DNA of 64,000 nucleotides from positions 20,319,367-20,383,366 of the forward strand of contig NC_057743.1 of the NCBI RefSeq assembly GCF_004010195.1. The letters are read 5' to 3'. This document shows, piece by piece, positions 1 to 12,571 of the stretch. The DNA comes from Chiloscyllium plagiosum. Its lineage: Eukaryota. The position numbers and the translations under genes were made by a program. How positions within the stretch are numbered: the first letter of the stretch is position 1; every line of letters begins with the position of its first letter. Under the pieces are notes generated by a model. It was not told the origin of the DNA. It saw only the letters and a list, made by a program, of their open reading frames with translations, and ran no database searches.

Positions 1-328
1 GAGGTGATGAGGTTATGGATGGTCTGGGAGATGATGGTTTGGTGGTGGGGGGTGGGGTCATGGTCAAGGGGGCAGTAGGAGGGGGTATCTGCGAGCTGGC
101 GTTTGGCCTCAGCGGTGTAGAGGTCGGTGCGCCAAACTACTACCGCGCCTCCCTTGTCTGCTGGTTTGATAGTGAGGTTGGGGTTGCAACGGAGTGAGTG
201 GAGGGCTGCGCGTTCCGAGGGTGAGAGGTTGGAGTGGGTGAGAGGGGTGGGGGAGTTCAGGTGGCGGTTAATATCGCGGCGGCAGTTGGCTATGCAGAGG
301 TATATCGCGGCGGCAGTTGGCTATGCAG
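1..328 (-). mobile_element. Penelope-like element fragment (RT N-terminal region) in DDI2 intron 2
   Basis: The - strand reads IKPADKGGAVVVWRTDLYTAEAKRQLADTPSYCPLDHDPT..HQTIISQTIHNLITS; the KPADKG motif is typical of PLE RT. Confidence 0.8.
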
Positions 329-498
329 CACTTGTACAAAAACCATCTTAAAAGAATAATCACTCATATATTCCATCTGTTGTCACAACAGTGTTTAGGA
401 GGTTACAAAGATGAATTTTTAAAATTGTGTACACGTGATTTTTAGGCACCATCAGTTCATGGAAACAATTGGCAAACCTTTCTTACAAGATCTCTCAC

Positions 499-637
499 CT
501 GATACACCTGGGAGTGGTAGACTAGATTGCACTGGAGGTCGTTCCAACTGTCGCAATACCAGTACATCACCATCCTTCAATCCATATGCTGTCAGAGTCA
601 GTCGATCATCAGTCAATGGCCTCTCTGCAAAGATTAT
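499..637 (-). CDS. DDI2: DDI2 coding exon 2 (rest of UBL domain); gene continues beyond the left edge
   Basis: Acceptor ttag|ATA; translates IIFAERPLTDDRLTLTAYGLKDGDVLVLRQLERPPVQSSLPLP, matching DDI2 IVYAERPLTD..LASYGLKDGDVVILRQ. The exon ends at either 508 (GTGTAT donor, 130 nt) or 499 (GTGAGA donor, 139 nt). Confidence 0.92.
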
Positions 638-1106
638 CTAACACAGAAACAGCACTCAGGTTTGACTCACATTCAGTGATTCTGCCATTGGCACATCTTT
701 GTAAGTCTCAAAGACTATGGTGGGAATTATTCATCAGCCACAAGACAAGTAGTATAGTATTTAATATTCCTTCAGGGTACACAACCTGCCCATCTACTGG
801 ATGTGCTCTTTTTGCAATTTTAATCCCACTTTACATGCTCATGTTTTAATGTTGTTGCGAAGATTGGGAAAGCTTGTCAGTTGCACAAGTGACCACTTGG
901 GGCACTAGCCCACTATGTTTAGGGCAACCAAAAATCAGCAATCACTGCAGCTTTGCAAGAGCCACTGACAATCTGAGAGCAAAATGTCTGTAAGAGGCTG
1001 TGAAACAAATATTTTTGACTGGTTTCTGGTAAAATACAAATGACATATCTCCAAGAAACTGTTTGCTTAACATTTATGGCAATGGATAGGCAATGAAAAA
1101 GGAAAG

Positions 1107-1330
1107 ATTAGAGTGGTACTGGAAAAGCACAGCAGGTCAGGCAGCATCCGAGGAGCAGGAAAATTGACGTTTCGGGCAAAGGCCCTTCATTAGGACCAGT
1201 CCTGATGAAGGGCCTTTGCCCAAAACGTCGACTTTCCTGCTCCTTGGATGCTGCCTGACCTGCTGTGCTTTTCCAGCACCACTCTAATCTAGAGCCTGAT
1301 TTCTAGCATCTGCAGTCCTCACTTTTGCCT
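1107..1330 (+). mobile_element. Palindromic non-coding PLE pLTR insertion with decayed hammerhead motifs
   Basis: Inverted arms about 1105-1194 and 1201-1290; 15-bp TSD AATGAA(A/T)AAGGAAAG at 1092-1106 and 1331-1345. Confidence 0.85.
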
Positions 1331-2019
1331 AATGAATAAGGAAAGTCTTACGTTGTCTTGTTCTGTAATGTAAGCCTAAAGTTCAATATATGGACTGCTT
1401 GCTTAGAACTTCAACTCTTGGGTTGAGTTTTGCTAGCTTATTGATAAATTTCTTTATTCTGCCCAGTAGCTAATGTCCAGATCAACTACAGCAAGCCTCT
1501 CTTCACAAACCACATTTATATCTTCATGAGTTTCAGTAATATTCACAAAGAATGTCACTGTTTGCCATTTGAAACAAACCCACTCTTATTTCACTAGAAA
1601 CCTACAAGATAACTTTTCTCTGTATAAAGATATGAGGAAAACATGAACATTTTGGACTTTTCCTTGATATTAATTACGTAAAAGATTTGTATGTTTATTA
1701 AAGCAACCAGGAAATTATTCACTACTCCCCCACTTATGTATTTGCAAGGCAAAGAATAACAACTTTCTTACATCATTTGCTCATAAACAAATATAGTTTA
1801 CTGTATTCAAGAACTGCTTACAATATTTTATTAGTCTGACGTACAGTTTTTTTCTCATGTACTTCAGTTTTATTTATTACTAAAAGCTTTGAAACAAACA
1901 GTTGTACATGTAAACAGATCTATATATTGTTACCAGAAACCAGCCAAAAGAATTCAGTTCTTCCAGACTTCTTTTTATGATAAATTTTCAGTTAGTGAAT
2001 CAAGCCAATTTTATAATAT

Positions 2020-2235
2020 AAAACAAAAATACTGAGGATGTTGGAAATCTGAAATAAAAACAAAAATTGCTTAAGAAATTCAGGTGTGGCATCATCTGCG
2101 AAGGGAAAGCAAGGCTAACGGTTCGAACTGAAGGGTCACTGGACTTCATCATAGAATCCCTTCAAATGTTAACTCTGCTTTCGCTCCACATATGCTGCCA
2201 TACCTGGTGAATTTCTCCAGCAATTTCTGTTTCAA
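2020..2235. mobile_element. Older palindromic PLE-pLTR remnant (same family at about 13533-13740 and 60915-61125)
   Basis: Degenerate inverted arms (AATTGCT..CAG..TGGCAGCATCTG versus TGCTGCCA..CTG..TTTCTCCAGCAATT) around GGGTCACTGGAC. Confidence 0.6.
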
Positions 2236-3472
2236 TTTCATAATGTACATGGAGCAATTTGATTCAGCTTCTCACTGTTCAATAATTATTTTTAAGGCAT
2301 GGAGTTGTGAATTGAAAAAATATAAAAATGGAATTACCGTACAGAACTCCAATGTGATTTGTCTTAATTTCTAAAGTACTAATTGCCCATTTTTGATTTG
2401 AGGTTTGTTTTTAAAATACATGATTAATGATTTTTATCCTTGCTTGATCATTGATATCAGACCAGCACATTCAATTGTTACTTATTGCTGGTTGATAAAT
2501 TTGACATTATAATCAATTCGATGGAAATAACTCATAGTAAAAATCTTGTGCATGTCAATGCACTTTCCTATCTACATTAACCTAATTCCTGCCGCACTTT
2601 GGTGATTTGACACACAATATTTGACTAATTCAGTCACTGCTAAACAGTGACACTAAAAATTTAATTCCATTAAATCAAATTAAGAAACACAAAAGTCCTG
2701 TTAATATATTTTTGATTATTTGCAGCAATTCAACAAATTGCTTACGGTGGGCTGGATGATACATTGTTTCAGATATGCAGGCGTTTTATACTATACAATA
2801 CACAGATATTACAACAAACTTTTTATAAATTGGCACCAGGAGAGTGCCAGTTGATCAAATGTCCCAGATAATCGAGAGGTCCACACAATTAATGTTAAAA
2901 ACACACACTAAGTAACAGAAACGTATTGCAATGTGAAGTCACAACACTGTTATATTTTATTTACAGCATAAATCACCTTGATAATAACACAACTTTGCCT
3001 CAAAGCAAAGAGCCTTCTGACTCACATCCTCAACTGACTACTTGAACATTGCAGAGATTGTGGTATTTGAACATCTGACTCAAAATTGAATCAACTGTCA
3101 ATATTTCATGTGACCATTCAACTGAACAAGTATTTTTTATTTTTTCACTGAGGTAAATAAATTTTAAAAGTTATAATAATTGGATGGAATAATATAGTAA
3201 ACTTTGCAATACTTGAGGTTATTATTTTTGCCTTTAAAATCATTAAATCTCATTTTAAAGTTGACAATGTCTCTAATTCATTGCCTCATTGTTATCTGAT
3301 GAAAGGCCTTCGTTAGTTGAAATTTGTTGTAATTCAAACGCCATCTGAGCCAACTGTTACTAGCATTTGCAAATATAACAAGTTCCAAACATTTCCATTA
3401 ATTTAACATATTTCTGGAGTATGTCAGTATGTTGGAGGATGCTTACATTCTGTTATTAGACAAAGAGCCCAC

Positions 3473-3805
3473 AAAGGCTGACATAGTGGCAATGTCATTG
3501 GACTAACAATCCAGATACCTGCATTAAGGATTTGGGTCAGATGTTCAAATCCTACAATGGCAGCTGGTGGAATTTAAATTCAAATGGCCATGGAACTTTC
3601 ATCAACTATTGCTAAAAACAATTCACTTGTTCTAGGAAAAATTTATTCTAGGAAAGAAATCTGCCATTTTTATCTAACCCAGCCTTTATAATGCATAACC
3701 ACGGCAATGTGGTCATCTTTCAACTGCCCTCTGAAATGGCAATAAGGGATGGGCAGAAAATTCTGCTCTTATCAGTGATGTCATCAATCTCATCAAGGAT
3801 TAAAA
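3473..3805 (+). mobile_element. Old tRNA-derived SINE (related copies at about 51500-51900 + and 60600-61340 -)
   Basis: A/B-box-like head (TAGTGG..GTTCAAATCC), shared core ATGGCAGCTGGTGGAATTTAAATTC and LINE-like tail GGGATGGGCA..; repeated in the window. Confidence 0.6.
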
Positions 3806-4779
3806 AATGGAAGTGCAGTTCATTTTACAGCCACAAAGTAATTGATAAGCATTCTTGAAATCAATCACATGTTGATTACTCAGCAAATCCTCAAGCCAAT
3901 TAGGAGTCAAATGGTTTTCTTTGAGTATCTCTTTTCAAAATGTGAAAAACATATCTGAGGATGTATATACAGACAGGTGCAGTTGTATTTGAGACTGTGT
4001 AATTCCTGTTACATATATCCGGGGATGTACAGATGAATGTGTGAATATAAATTCATTGCTAAAAATAGGTACAACCACTGCAAATCACTCCTCCGTAGCT
4101 GAGGATAAGGATGTATATAAGTAGTTCCAACTGTGTACATCTGGGTTGGCTGGTATTTATTCAGAGACCAATATGGATGTAGGCAGATGGAGCTTGCAGT
4201 GTATTTGAATGTCTATAAGTACCCATTTTATGTTGCTCAATTTTAAAAGTTGTTTTGTTTTAACTGTGGTCAGTTAACGTACTCTCATTTTGCATTATAG
4301 TTCTTAAGAAAGTTTGTGCGAGATCTGAGGAACAGCTGTATCATCCATTCAGCACCAATTTGGAGTAGCTTCTCTCCCTTGTTGCACCCCAATAACACTC
4401 AGCCTCTGCCACTCGCTAACCTTCCTGCTCACTGTGGCCCGACAATTTGCAGCCTCTTCCAATCCCTGACCCTCTCTCCCACCTCTAACCCTCTACTTCG
4501 AAGCTTCTACTGCTCCTTTCCAAACAATATTTCTGTTAAATAAAGGGAACTATGGAACTATGAGGGAGGAGCTGGCCAAAGTTCAATGGTGCAATACCTT
4601 AGGAGGGATGACAGTGGAGGAACAATGGCTGATATTTTCTGTGTATAATGCAGAAGATGCAGGATCACTTCATTCCAAAAAGGAAGAAAGATCCTAGGAG
4701 GAGGCATGGGTGGCCGTGGCTGATGAGAGAAGTTAAGAAACATATAAAGGTAACAGAGAAAAAGTATAACATAGCAAAG

Positions 4780-4935
4780 GGTCAGGTGAATTGGCCATAC
4801 TAAATTGCCTGTAGTGTTAGGTAAGGGGTAAATGTAGGGGTATGGGTGGGTTTCGCTTCGGCGGGTCGGTGTGGACTTGTTGGGCCGAAGGGCCTGTTTC
4901 CACACTGTAATCTAATCTAATCTAATCTAATCTAA
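4780..4935 (+). mobile_element. 5'-truncated HE1-type V-SINE with (TCTAA)n tail
   Basis: Near identical to the 3' half of the copy at 30856-31165. Confidence 0.85.
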
Positions 4936-5620
4936 TGAAAACAAACTTTTTACATTAATTTTGACCAGGCTCATTTATACTTTAAAAAGACACTGCAATA
5001 GACATGTTCTTAGGCTAAATTAGAACACAACATGTGAACACACACATGAATATGTGATAGAAGAAACACATTTAAATAATTACATAATCTTTACTTAGGG
5101 AGCACATTAGTGTTTATACTTTTGAATTGTCATAGAAAAATTTGAAGTGCTGCCGCTAAACTTATTTAGTGTATGGATTTGGAAAATTCTCCAAACTAAC
5201 CACTCCCTTAGCAAAGCTGGTCCACAACAGATACAACACTGGCGCTGACCTGACAATATTAAAAAGTGCCTAGCATATATGAAGCAAATTCAACAAGGCT
5301 AATAACTGCCTTATCAGTCTACTCTCGACTGTCAGCAAGAGAGATGAAAAGGGTGCTATCAGGTAGCACTTATAAAAGAATAACCTGCTTACTGATGCTC
5401 AGTTTGTGTTCCACTAGAGCTGCTCAGCTCCTGGCTTGCTCTAAACACAGTCAAAAGTGCTGAGTTCCAGAGGTGATGAAGTAGTGACAGCTCTTGTGAT
5501 CAAGGCAGCATCGTGAGGGCTACCACTGCGCAGAAACACCAACACATTCCACCCCTTAAATTCACCTGGACCATTTTTGACACCTTTTTCCCCTTCCTGG
5601 ACCTCTCCATCTCCATCATT

Positions 5621-6470
5621 AGGTGAGTGGTCTGATGCATGGCAGATGCAGTTTAATGTGGATAAATGTATGGTTGTCCACTTTGGTGGCAAGAACAGGA
5701 AGGCAGATTACTACCTAAATGGAATCAATTTAGGTAAAGGGGCAGTACAAAGAGATCTGGGTGTTTTCCAGTCAATGAAAGTAAGCATGCAGGTACAGCA
5801 GGTAGTGAAGAAGGCTAATAATATGCTGGGCTTCATAACAAGAGGGATTGAGTATAGAAGCAAAGAGGTTCTTCTGCAGCTGTACAAGGCCCTGGTGAGA
5901 CCACACCTGGAGTATTGTGTGCAGTTCTGGTCTCCACATTTGAGGAAAGACATTCTGGCTATTGAGGGAGTGCAGCGTAGGTTCACGAGGTCAATTTCTG
6001 GAATGGCGGGACTACCTTACGCTGAAAGACAGGAGCAACTGGGCTTGTATACCCTTGCGTTTAGAAGACTGAGAGGGGATCTGATTGAGACGTATAAGAT
6101 TATTAAAGGATTGGGCACTCTTGGGGCAGGAAACATGTTTCCGCTGATGGGTGAGTGCCGAACCAGAGGACACAGAGGACCAGAGGACACAGAGGACAAA
6201 CGGGGTAGAGCATTTAGGACAGAGATGAGGAGAAACTTCTTCACCCAGAGAGTGGTGGCTGTGTGGAATGCTCTGCCCCAGTGGGCAGTGGAGGCCCAGT
6301 CTCTGGATTCATTTAAGAAAGAGTTGGATAGAGCTCTCAAGGATAGTGGAATCAAGGGTTATGGCGAGAAGGCAGGAACAAGATACTGATTAAGGATGAT
6401 CATACTGAAGGGTGGTGCAGGCTCGAAGGGCAGAATGGCCTACTCCTGCACCTATTGTCTATTGTCTATC
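5621..6470 (+). mobile_element. CR1 LINE 3' fragment (ORF2 C-terminus still open); preceded by a short PLE RT fragment at about 5540-5620
   Basis: [45 protein letters not shown]; tail (ATTGTCT)n; the upstream piece reads LKFTWTIFDTFFPFLDLSISI. Confidence 0.9.
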
Positions 6471-7389
6471 TTGCATCTTACCTCCTGCCACATTTCCACA
6501 GCCATCACTCACAGCGAGTGCTATGGAGAAAGTGGCATGCACAGAGTTCAACAGCAGAAGGTTCAGTAAAAGGAAGATTCTGGGAGGTTCATGGAAGTGG
6601 GCAGAAGGGTCTGGAGGATTGATAGCAAGTGAGGGTACATGGAGCATGACAAAAGGAGGCCTATAGCAGGTAGAGACAGCTGAGATCAAGTGAATCCTTT
6701 AAGGAGTATAAAGTTTTAAACAATTCACTGGAGATTTCTTCAATGAGAGTAACAGTGTTCATGTAGCGTAAGTGGACTTCCAAGGCATTTCTTACATAAT
6801 AAGCTATCACATTAGATTTGTAAGTAAAGTTATAGTGAGCTCATAGAATAAAAGAGACATTAGCAACATGGATATATGATTAGCTGAGTAACAAAAGAAA
6901 CAAGATTTCATGGCCTGTGGTCTCCAAAGTGTACTGTCTGTGAGTTTGGTGGAGTCAGTATTAATCAGTGGATACATCAGGGAATTAGACTGTTATTTGC
7001 AAGGATTAATGTGTAGGGTTCAGAGTAGCACTAAGTACTCATTCGATGAGCTGTCTTTCGCCCCTTAATTGCACTGGAATAATTCTGAGGTTCTGTTATA
7101 GCCTCTGTTTCTCAATCCTTCCATGAACGTGAAGAGTTTTGAAAGGGTGCAGAGAAGATTTACAAGGATGTAGTCAGCTTCGGAGGATTTGTCTATAGAG
7201 AGAGGCTGAAATCAGCTGGGGCTATTTTCCCTGGAGCGTAGGAGGTTGAGGCGACCTTAAATGGGTTTGTAAAATCACCAGAGGCATGAATAGCGTAAAT
7301 AGACTAGGTCTTTTTCTCAGGATAGGGAAGTCCAATACTAGAGGGCATAGGTTTAAGGTGAGAGGGGAAAGAAATAAAAGGAGCTCAAG

Positions 7390-9485
7390 AACTGTGCTGC
7401 CTTCCATTGTTAAAGATGACTAGACTAGTTTTAGGTAAAAACAAGGACTGCAGATGCTGGAAACCAGATTCTAGATTAGAGTGGTGCTGGAAAAGCACAG
7501 CAGTTCAGGCAGCATTCAAGGAGCAGGAAAATCAACATTTCGGGCAAAAGCCCTTCATCAGGAATGAAGGGCTTTTGCCCAAAACGTCGATTTTCCTGCT
7601 CCTCGGATGCTGCCTGAACTGCTAGACTAGTTTTATAAAAGGCTATAGATTCTCCAATAATGTCAGGAGGTTATTGAATAAGATTCAAGCGTATTCACAG
7701 CAGTCGGTTCAAAGACTAGTGATCTCCTTGGATGCAGAAAAGGCATTTGATTGGGTCAAGTGGCCATATCTTTTTATACCCTTGAACAATTTGGTTTAGG
7801 GGAGGTTTTTATTAGGTGAGAAAGGGTCCTCTGTAGAGATCCTCTGGTGGTGGTCCTCACCATTGGTGAGAGAACTAGTAATTTTAATATCTGTAGGGGC
7901 AGTTGGCAAGGCTGTCCCCTCTCACCACTACTTTTTATATTGGCTATTGAGCCACTGGCAGAGGCTATCTGCAGGGAACCTAATACAGCAGCCCAGGAAG
8001 TAGGATAAAAATCGCATAAGATCACATCATATGCGGATGGTATTCTTGTCATTTTGTCGAAGCCAATGATTTTGGTGCTTGTATTGTGTCATCATAGTCT
8101 TACCAGACTATAGTGCTGCTCCCTCATTAGAGAGAAGCGACTGGTGGTGATTTAAGTTGAGGGCCACCAAGAGAGGTAACCCATGCTGTTGGCATCACAC
8201 TGCTTTGCAAACAGACAACCAAGCCAACTGTTTAACACAACTTATCAATTCAATTGGTTCCTTTTCAGGTTATAAGATTAATTTCTCAAAATTGGAGGCT
8301 ATGCCTATAGGTCTTAGAATATCTGACGTGGAAGGTGAATCACAGTTTGGGGGGGGGGGGGGTGTTCTTTATTTAGCATCTTTGTTACTCCTGCCTTTGA
8401 TCAATTGTTTAAGGCCAATTTTGGCCATTTGCTTGACAGGATTAAGCAAGATCATCAGCGATAGGCCAAGTAACTCTTAATATTGTCGTAATCCTATAAT
8501 TATCAGTACTGTGGCAGCTAGGAGAATCTCCTGCTTGGGTGATTTATTTGAAGGTGAAATAATGATGTCCTTTGACCAAATAACCTGCAAGTATGGTCTA
8601 GCGAGCAGAGACCTTTTTCATTTTTTTTAGGTCAGGGATTTTATTCAAAAAGTGACCATGCTTTTGACCGACTCCTACGGATCCGTCACAGAGAAGAGGG
8701 TGCTTCATGCTAAAAGTACTCTCTCTGTTAGTACTCTTTATCATATGTTGGAGGGTGATCTTTCCGAATCATTACGGACCTTCATTACGTCCCAAGTGTA
8801 AATTAAGTATTGGTACTCTCACTCATTGTCTATGGTCTTGCCGCAGGCTCCGTACATATTGGAATGCTGTGGCAGGAGTAATAAAGAGCATTTTGAGAAT
8901 CGAAGTTAAGACGGACCCTAACTTTCTTCTCCTGGGCCTACCCAATTTATTTTATTTAGCCGCTCATGGAAAAGAACTTTTTAATATTCTCACTTTTTGT
9001 GCAAGGAAAAATATTTTGATGTATTCAGTCTCTGAAAAACCCCCGGGTTTGTTTGATTGGCTTAGGCTAATCATGGAACATATTCCTTTGGACGTTCTTA
9101 CAAATATGTTACACCAAAAAACTGAAAATCTTTGTAAGATATGGTGACCCTTTTTGCACTATCTAGATATAGAATTATCTAACATCTTATTTGGACTTTT
9201 GTGTAGCCATGACGATCTGATTTATTGAACTTGATGCCCTTGAAGGAAGAATTTTGAATAAATTCATGTGTAATATCAATGCTCTCGGAGGTTGGGAGCT
9301 ACTGTTTCATTGTGCTAAGCTAGTTTATTTATTTGTTGCCTTTACTGATCTGTTCATCTTGCACAAGAGTATAGTTGTGTTTTGATTGTTTTTTTATTAT
9401 TTATATAGTATTTTTGTTGGTTCATTGTTGTTAAAATTTTGTAATTTTATAAAAAAATTTATCTTTCAATAAAAATATCTTTTTA
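7390..9485 (+). mobile_element. Decayed L1-clade LINE inserted into a CR1 3' fragment
   Basis: ISLDAEKAFDWV, QGCPLSPLLF and a C-terminal knuckle PKC..GTLTHCLWSC; AATAAA and A-rich end; degenerate 14-bp TSD at 7376-7389 and 9486-9499; CR1 halves at about 7130-7389 and 9500-9718. Confidence 0.8.
7434..7621 (-). mobile_element. Palindromic PLE pLTR insertion with hammerhead core, nested in L1
   Basis: Same family as 1107-1330; perfect 14-bp TSD CTAGACTAGTTTTA at 7420-7433 and 7622-7635. Confidence 0.88.
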
Positions 9486-9719
9486 AAAAGGGGCTTAAGT
9501 CTCAATTTTTTCATGCAGAAAGTGGTATGTGTATGGAATGAACTGCCAGAGGAAGTTTTGCAAGCTGGTACAATTACAATGTTTGAAAAGCATCTGGATG
9601 GGTACATAAATAGAGTTTACAGGAATTTGGGCCACATGCTGGCAAATGGGCCTAGGATATCTGGTTGGCATGGACAAGTTGGACCGAAAGGTCTGTTTCC
9701 ATGCTGTACAACTCTATGG

Positions 9720-11460
9720 TAGTAGAGTATACTCAAGCGAGAAATCAGGAGGGTTAAAAGAGCACAAGAGATAGCTTTGATAGATAGAATTAAGGAGAAT
9801 CCAAAGAGATTCTATAAATACATGAAAGGCAAAAGAATAACTCGGGAGAGAATAGGGTCCCTTTACAATCAGTAAGGCCATCTTTATGTGGAACTGCAAG
9901 AGATGGGTGAGATGCTAAACAAGTATTTTGCATCAGAATTTAATGTGGAGAAGGATTTGGAAACTGCAGAACTTGGAGAAATAAATAGATATCTTGAAAT
10001 ACATATACAGAGGAGGATGTACTAGACATTTTAAAACTCATAATAATGGATAAATTCCAGGACCTGATCAGGTGTATCCCAGAACTTTGTGGGAAGCTAG
10101 GGAAGTGTTTGCTGGGCCCTTTGCTGAGGTATCTGTATCATCAATAGCCACATGTGAGGTGCCGGAAGACTGGAGAGTGGTTAATGTGGTGCCATTATTT
10201 AAAAAAGGTGGCAAGGAAAAGCCAGGGAATTATAGACCGGTTAGCCTGACATCAGTGGTGGGTAAATTGTCAAAGGTGATTCGGAGGGACAGGATTTATA
10301 TGTATTTGGAAAGGCAAGGACAGATTAGGGATAGTCAGCATGGCTTTGTGTGTCGGAAATATTAACTCACTAACTAGATTGAGCTTTTTGAAGAAGTGTC
10401 AAAGAAGACTAATGAAGGCAGAGGAGTGGATGTGTGTGTCTGGACTTCAGTAAGGCATTCGACAAAGTTCTGCATGGCAGACTGGTTACCATAGTTATAT
10501 CACATGGAATCCAGGGAGAACTAGTCATTTGGATACAAAATTCGTTTGAAGGTAGGAGACAGAGGATGGTGGTGGAGAGTAGTTTTTCAGACTGCAGGGC
10601 TGTGATCAGTGTTATGCCACAAGGGTTGGTGCTGGGTCCACTGCGTTTTGTTGGTAAGTCAGTACTAAGTTCATTGGTAAGGTTGGAGATGACACCAATA
10701 GTGGTGTGGTGGACAGGGAAGAAGGTGTTTTCCCTGGAGTGTTGGAATCTGAGGGGTAACTTTATAGAGGTTTATAAGTTTATAAACTCATGAGGGGCAT
10801 GGACAGGGTGAATAGTCAAAGTCTTTTTCTCAGGATAGGGGGAGTCCAAAGCTAGAGGGCATAGGTTTACAGTGAGAGTGAAAAGATTTAAAAGGGACTG
10901 AAGGGGCAACTTTTTCATGCAGAGGGTGATGTGTGTATCGAATGAGATGACAGTGCAAGTGGTGAAGACTGCTTCAATTACAACATTTAAAAGGCATCTG
11001 GATAGGTATGTGAATAGGAAGGTTTAGACAGATATGAGCCAATTTCTGGCAAATGGGACTAGATTAGGGTGGCATGGTGGCTCAGTGGTTAGCACTGCTG
11101 CCTTACAGCACCAGGGACCCGGGTTCAATTCTAGCCTCAGGCGACTATCTGTGTGGAGTTTGCACATTCTCCCCGTGCCTGCGCGGGTTTCCTCCGGGTG
11201 CTCCGGTCTCCTCCCACAGTCCAAAGATGTGCAGGTCAGGTGAATTGACCATGCTAAATTGCCCATAGTGTCAGGTGCATTAATCAGAGGGAAATGGGTC
11301 TGGGTGGGTTACTCTTCGGAGGGTCGGTGTGGACTGGTTGGACCAAAAGGCCTGTTTAAACACTGTAGGGAGTCTAATCAGATTAATTTAGGATATCTGT
11401 TCACAAGGACGAGCTGGACCAAAAGATCTGTTTCTGCGCTGTAGATATCTATGACTCTAT
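9720..11460 (+). mobile_element. Decayed CR1 LINE (ORF2 with internal deletion), SINE inserted in its tail
   Basis: [50 protein letters not shown]; tail ATGACTCTAT. Confidence 0.88.
11068..11380 (+). mobile_element. Full-length HE1-type V-SINE
   Basis: tRNA-like head (TGGCTCAGTGG, GGTTCAATTC), V-domain TGTGTGGAGTTTGCACATTCTCCCCGTG, CR1-like 3' end; AGATTA on both sides. Confidence 0.9.
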
Positions 11461-12433
11461 AAACAGCGAGCAGCAGAAACAATAAGGAGTTAAGTTAGTG
11501 TACTTCCCAATCATTTCAACACTTCTTGATATTCTCTTTACCAATATGGGAAGTTAGCAACGTAAAGTATATCAACTTCCAAGGTATGATCCTCCAGTTG
11601 ATGAAACTGCTAAAGATCTGACTAGACCTTTCCATTGGTTTTCATGAGAAAAACTGGTTTATTTAAAATATCATTTCACTTAAAATTATGTTCTTGAAAA
11701 GTACAACATTAACTTAGAACTTACCACATTTCTTATGTTTAAGGAGGTCTTGTACTGCAATGTCCCTACCTCAGCCAGAAACTTTGGGTCAAGCCTCACC
11801 CCAATACTCGAGGATCAAGTGCAGTCATAACACAGTCTATCAACCTGCAAATCGTTCCATCACATGCCAATGGCAGATCCTAAGAGCAAGAGAGGCTTCT
11901 GGTCAATCATGTGATGGAAAGACAGCTGTAGCCTCTAACAGCACCATCCCTAGCTCTGTACTACAACATGCATGATGCAAGCTGCCACAGAACTTCAACC
12001 TCCCAGAGTGAAGTGTAACACACCATTACCATGTGTTTACATACTTTGAATTCTGTTCAAAGCCATATACAGCCCAGAGTTCAATCTACTCTATTGTAGA
12101 TAGCTGGATTATTGAATAATATTAAATCTTGGGGAGGTCGTGGGGGGTGGGGTTGGAATTGTTATATAGCATGCAGATGTGTATTGATTTGTTTGTGAAT
12201 GTACCCGGAATCAGAGATGCAACCAAATAGAAGTATCCCTAGTGACAATCAGATGCGGAGCTTCATATCATAGTATGTATGGGTGTGATTATATACAGAA
12301 TTACACGTATACACTCATAGAATGGATATCAATTGTAAAAAAATGTTAGATGCTACTATGTATATTCTGGAGTAGATGTAATATCCGGGTGTGGTGGTGT
12401 ACTTAAGCCTGTACATGTCCCTCATTCTCTCAC

Positions 12434-12571
12434 CTGGCTCTCAGCCGCAGGGATACTGCTCTCCATTTCACAGAGAGCCCGAAAAGTCTCCAACTGCATG
12501 CCGCCATTCACCTGCAGGGTGAAGGTGATCTCGCTCAAATCGCGCCGGACGCAGTAAACGGTGAGCAACAT
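12434..12571 (-). CDS. DDI2: DDI2 (DNA damage-inducible 1 homolog 2, UBL plus retroviral-like aspartyl protease) coding exon 1
   Basis: ATG at 12571 in a GTCGCCATG context; translates [46 protein letters not shown], matching the vertebrate DDI2 N-terminus; 138 nt, ends CAG|GTGAGA, phase 0; CpG-rich surroundings. Confidence 0.95.

Noticed and set aside
4907-4935. Short direct repeats (TCTAA)n, also near 31150, 53580 and 55915
   Set aside because: Microsatellite tails of SINEs and LINEs; no spacers, so not a CRISPR array.
6163-6196. 17-nt tandem duplication inside the CR1 ORF
   Set aside because: Real but an ordinary slippage event in a dead element.
5577-6389. 270-aa ORF, the longest in the track
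   Set aside because: C-terminus of CR1 ORF2 in a 5'-truncated copy; no host-gene features.
11068-11140. tRNA-like sequence with A and B boxes (also at 30856 and 53840-53909)
   Set aside because: Head of a SINE continuing into the V-domain and LINE-like tail; not a tRNA gene.
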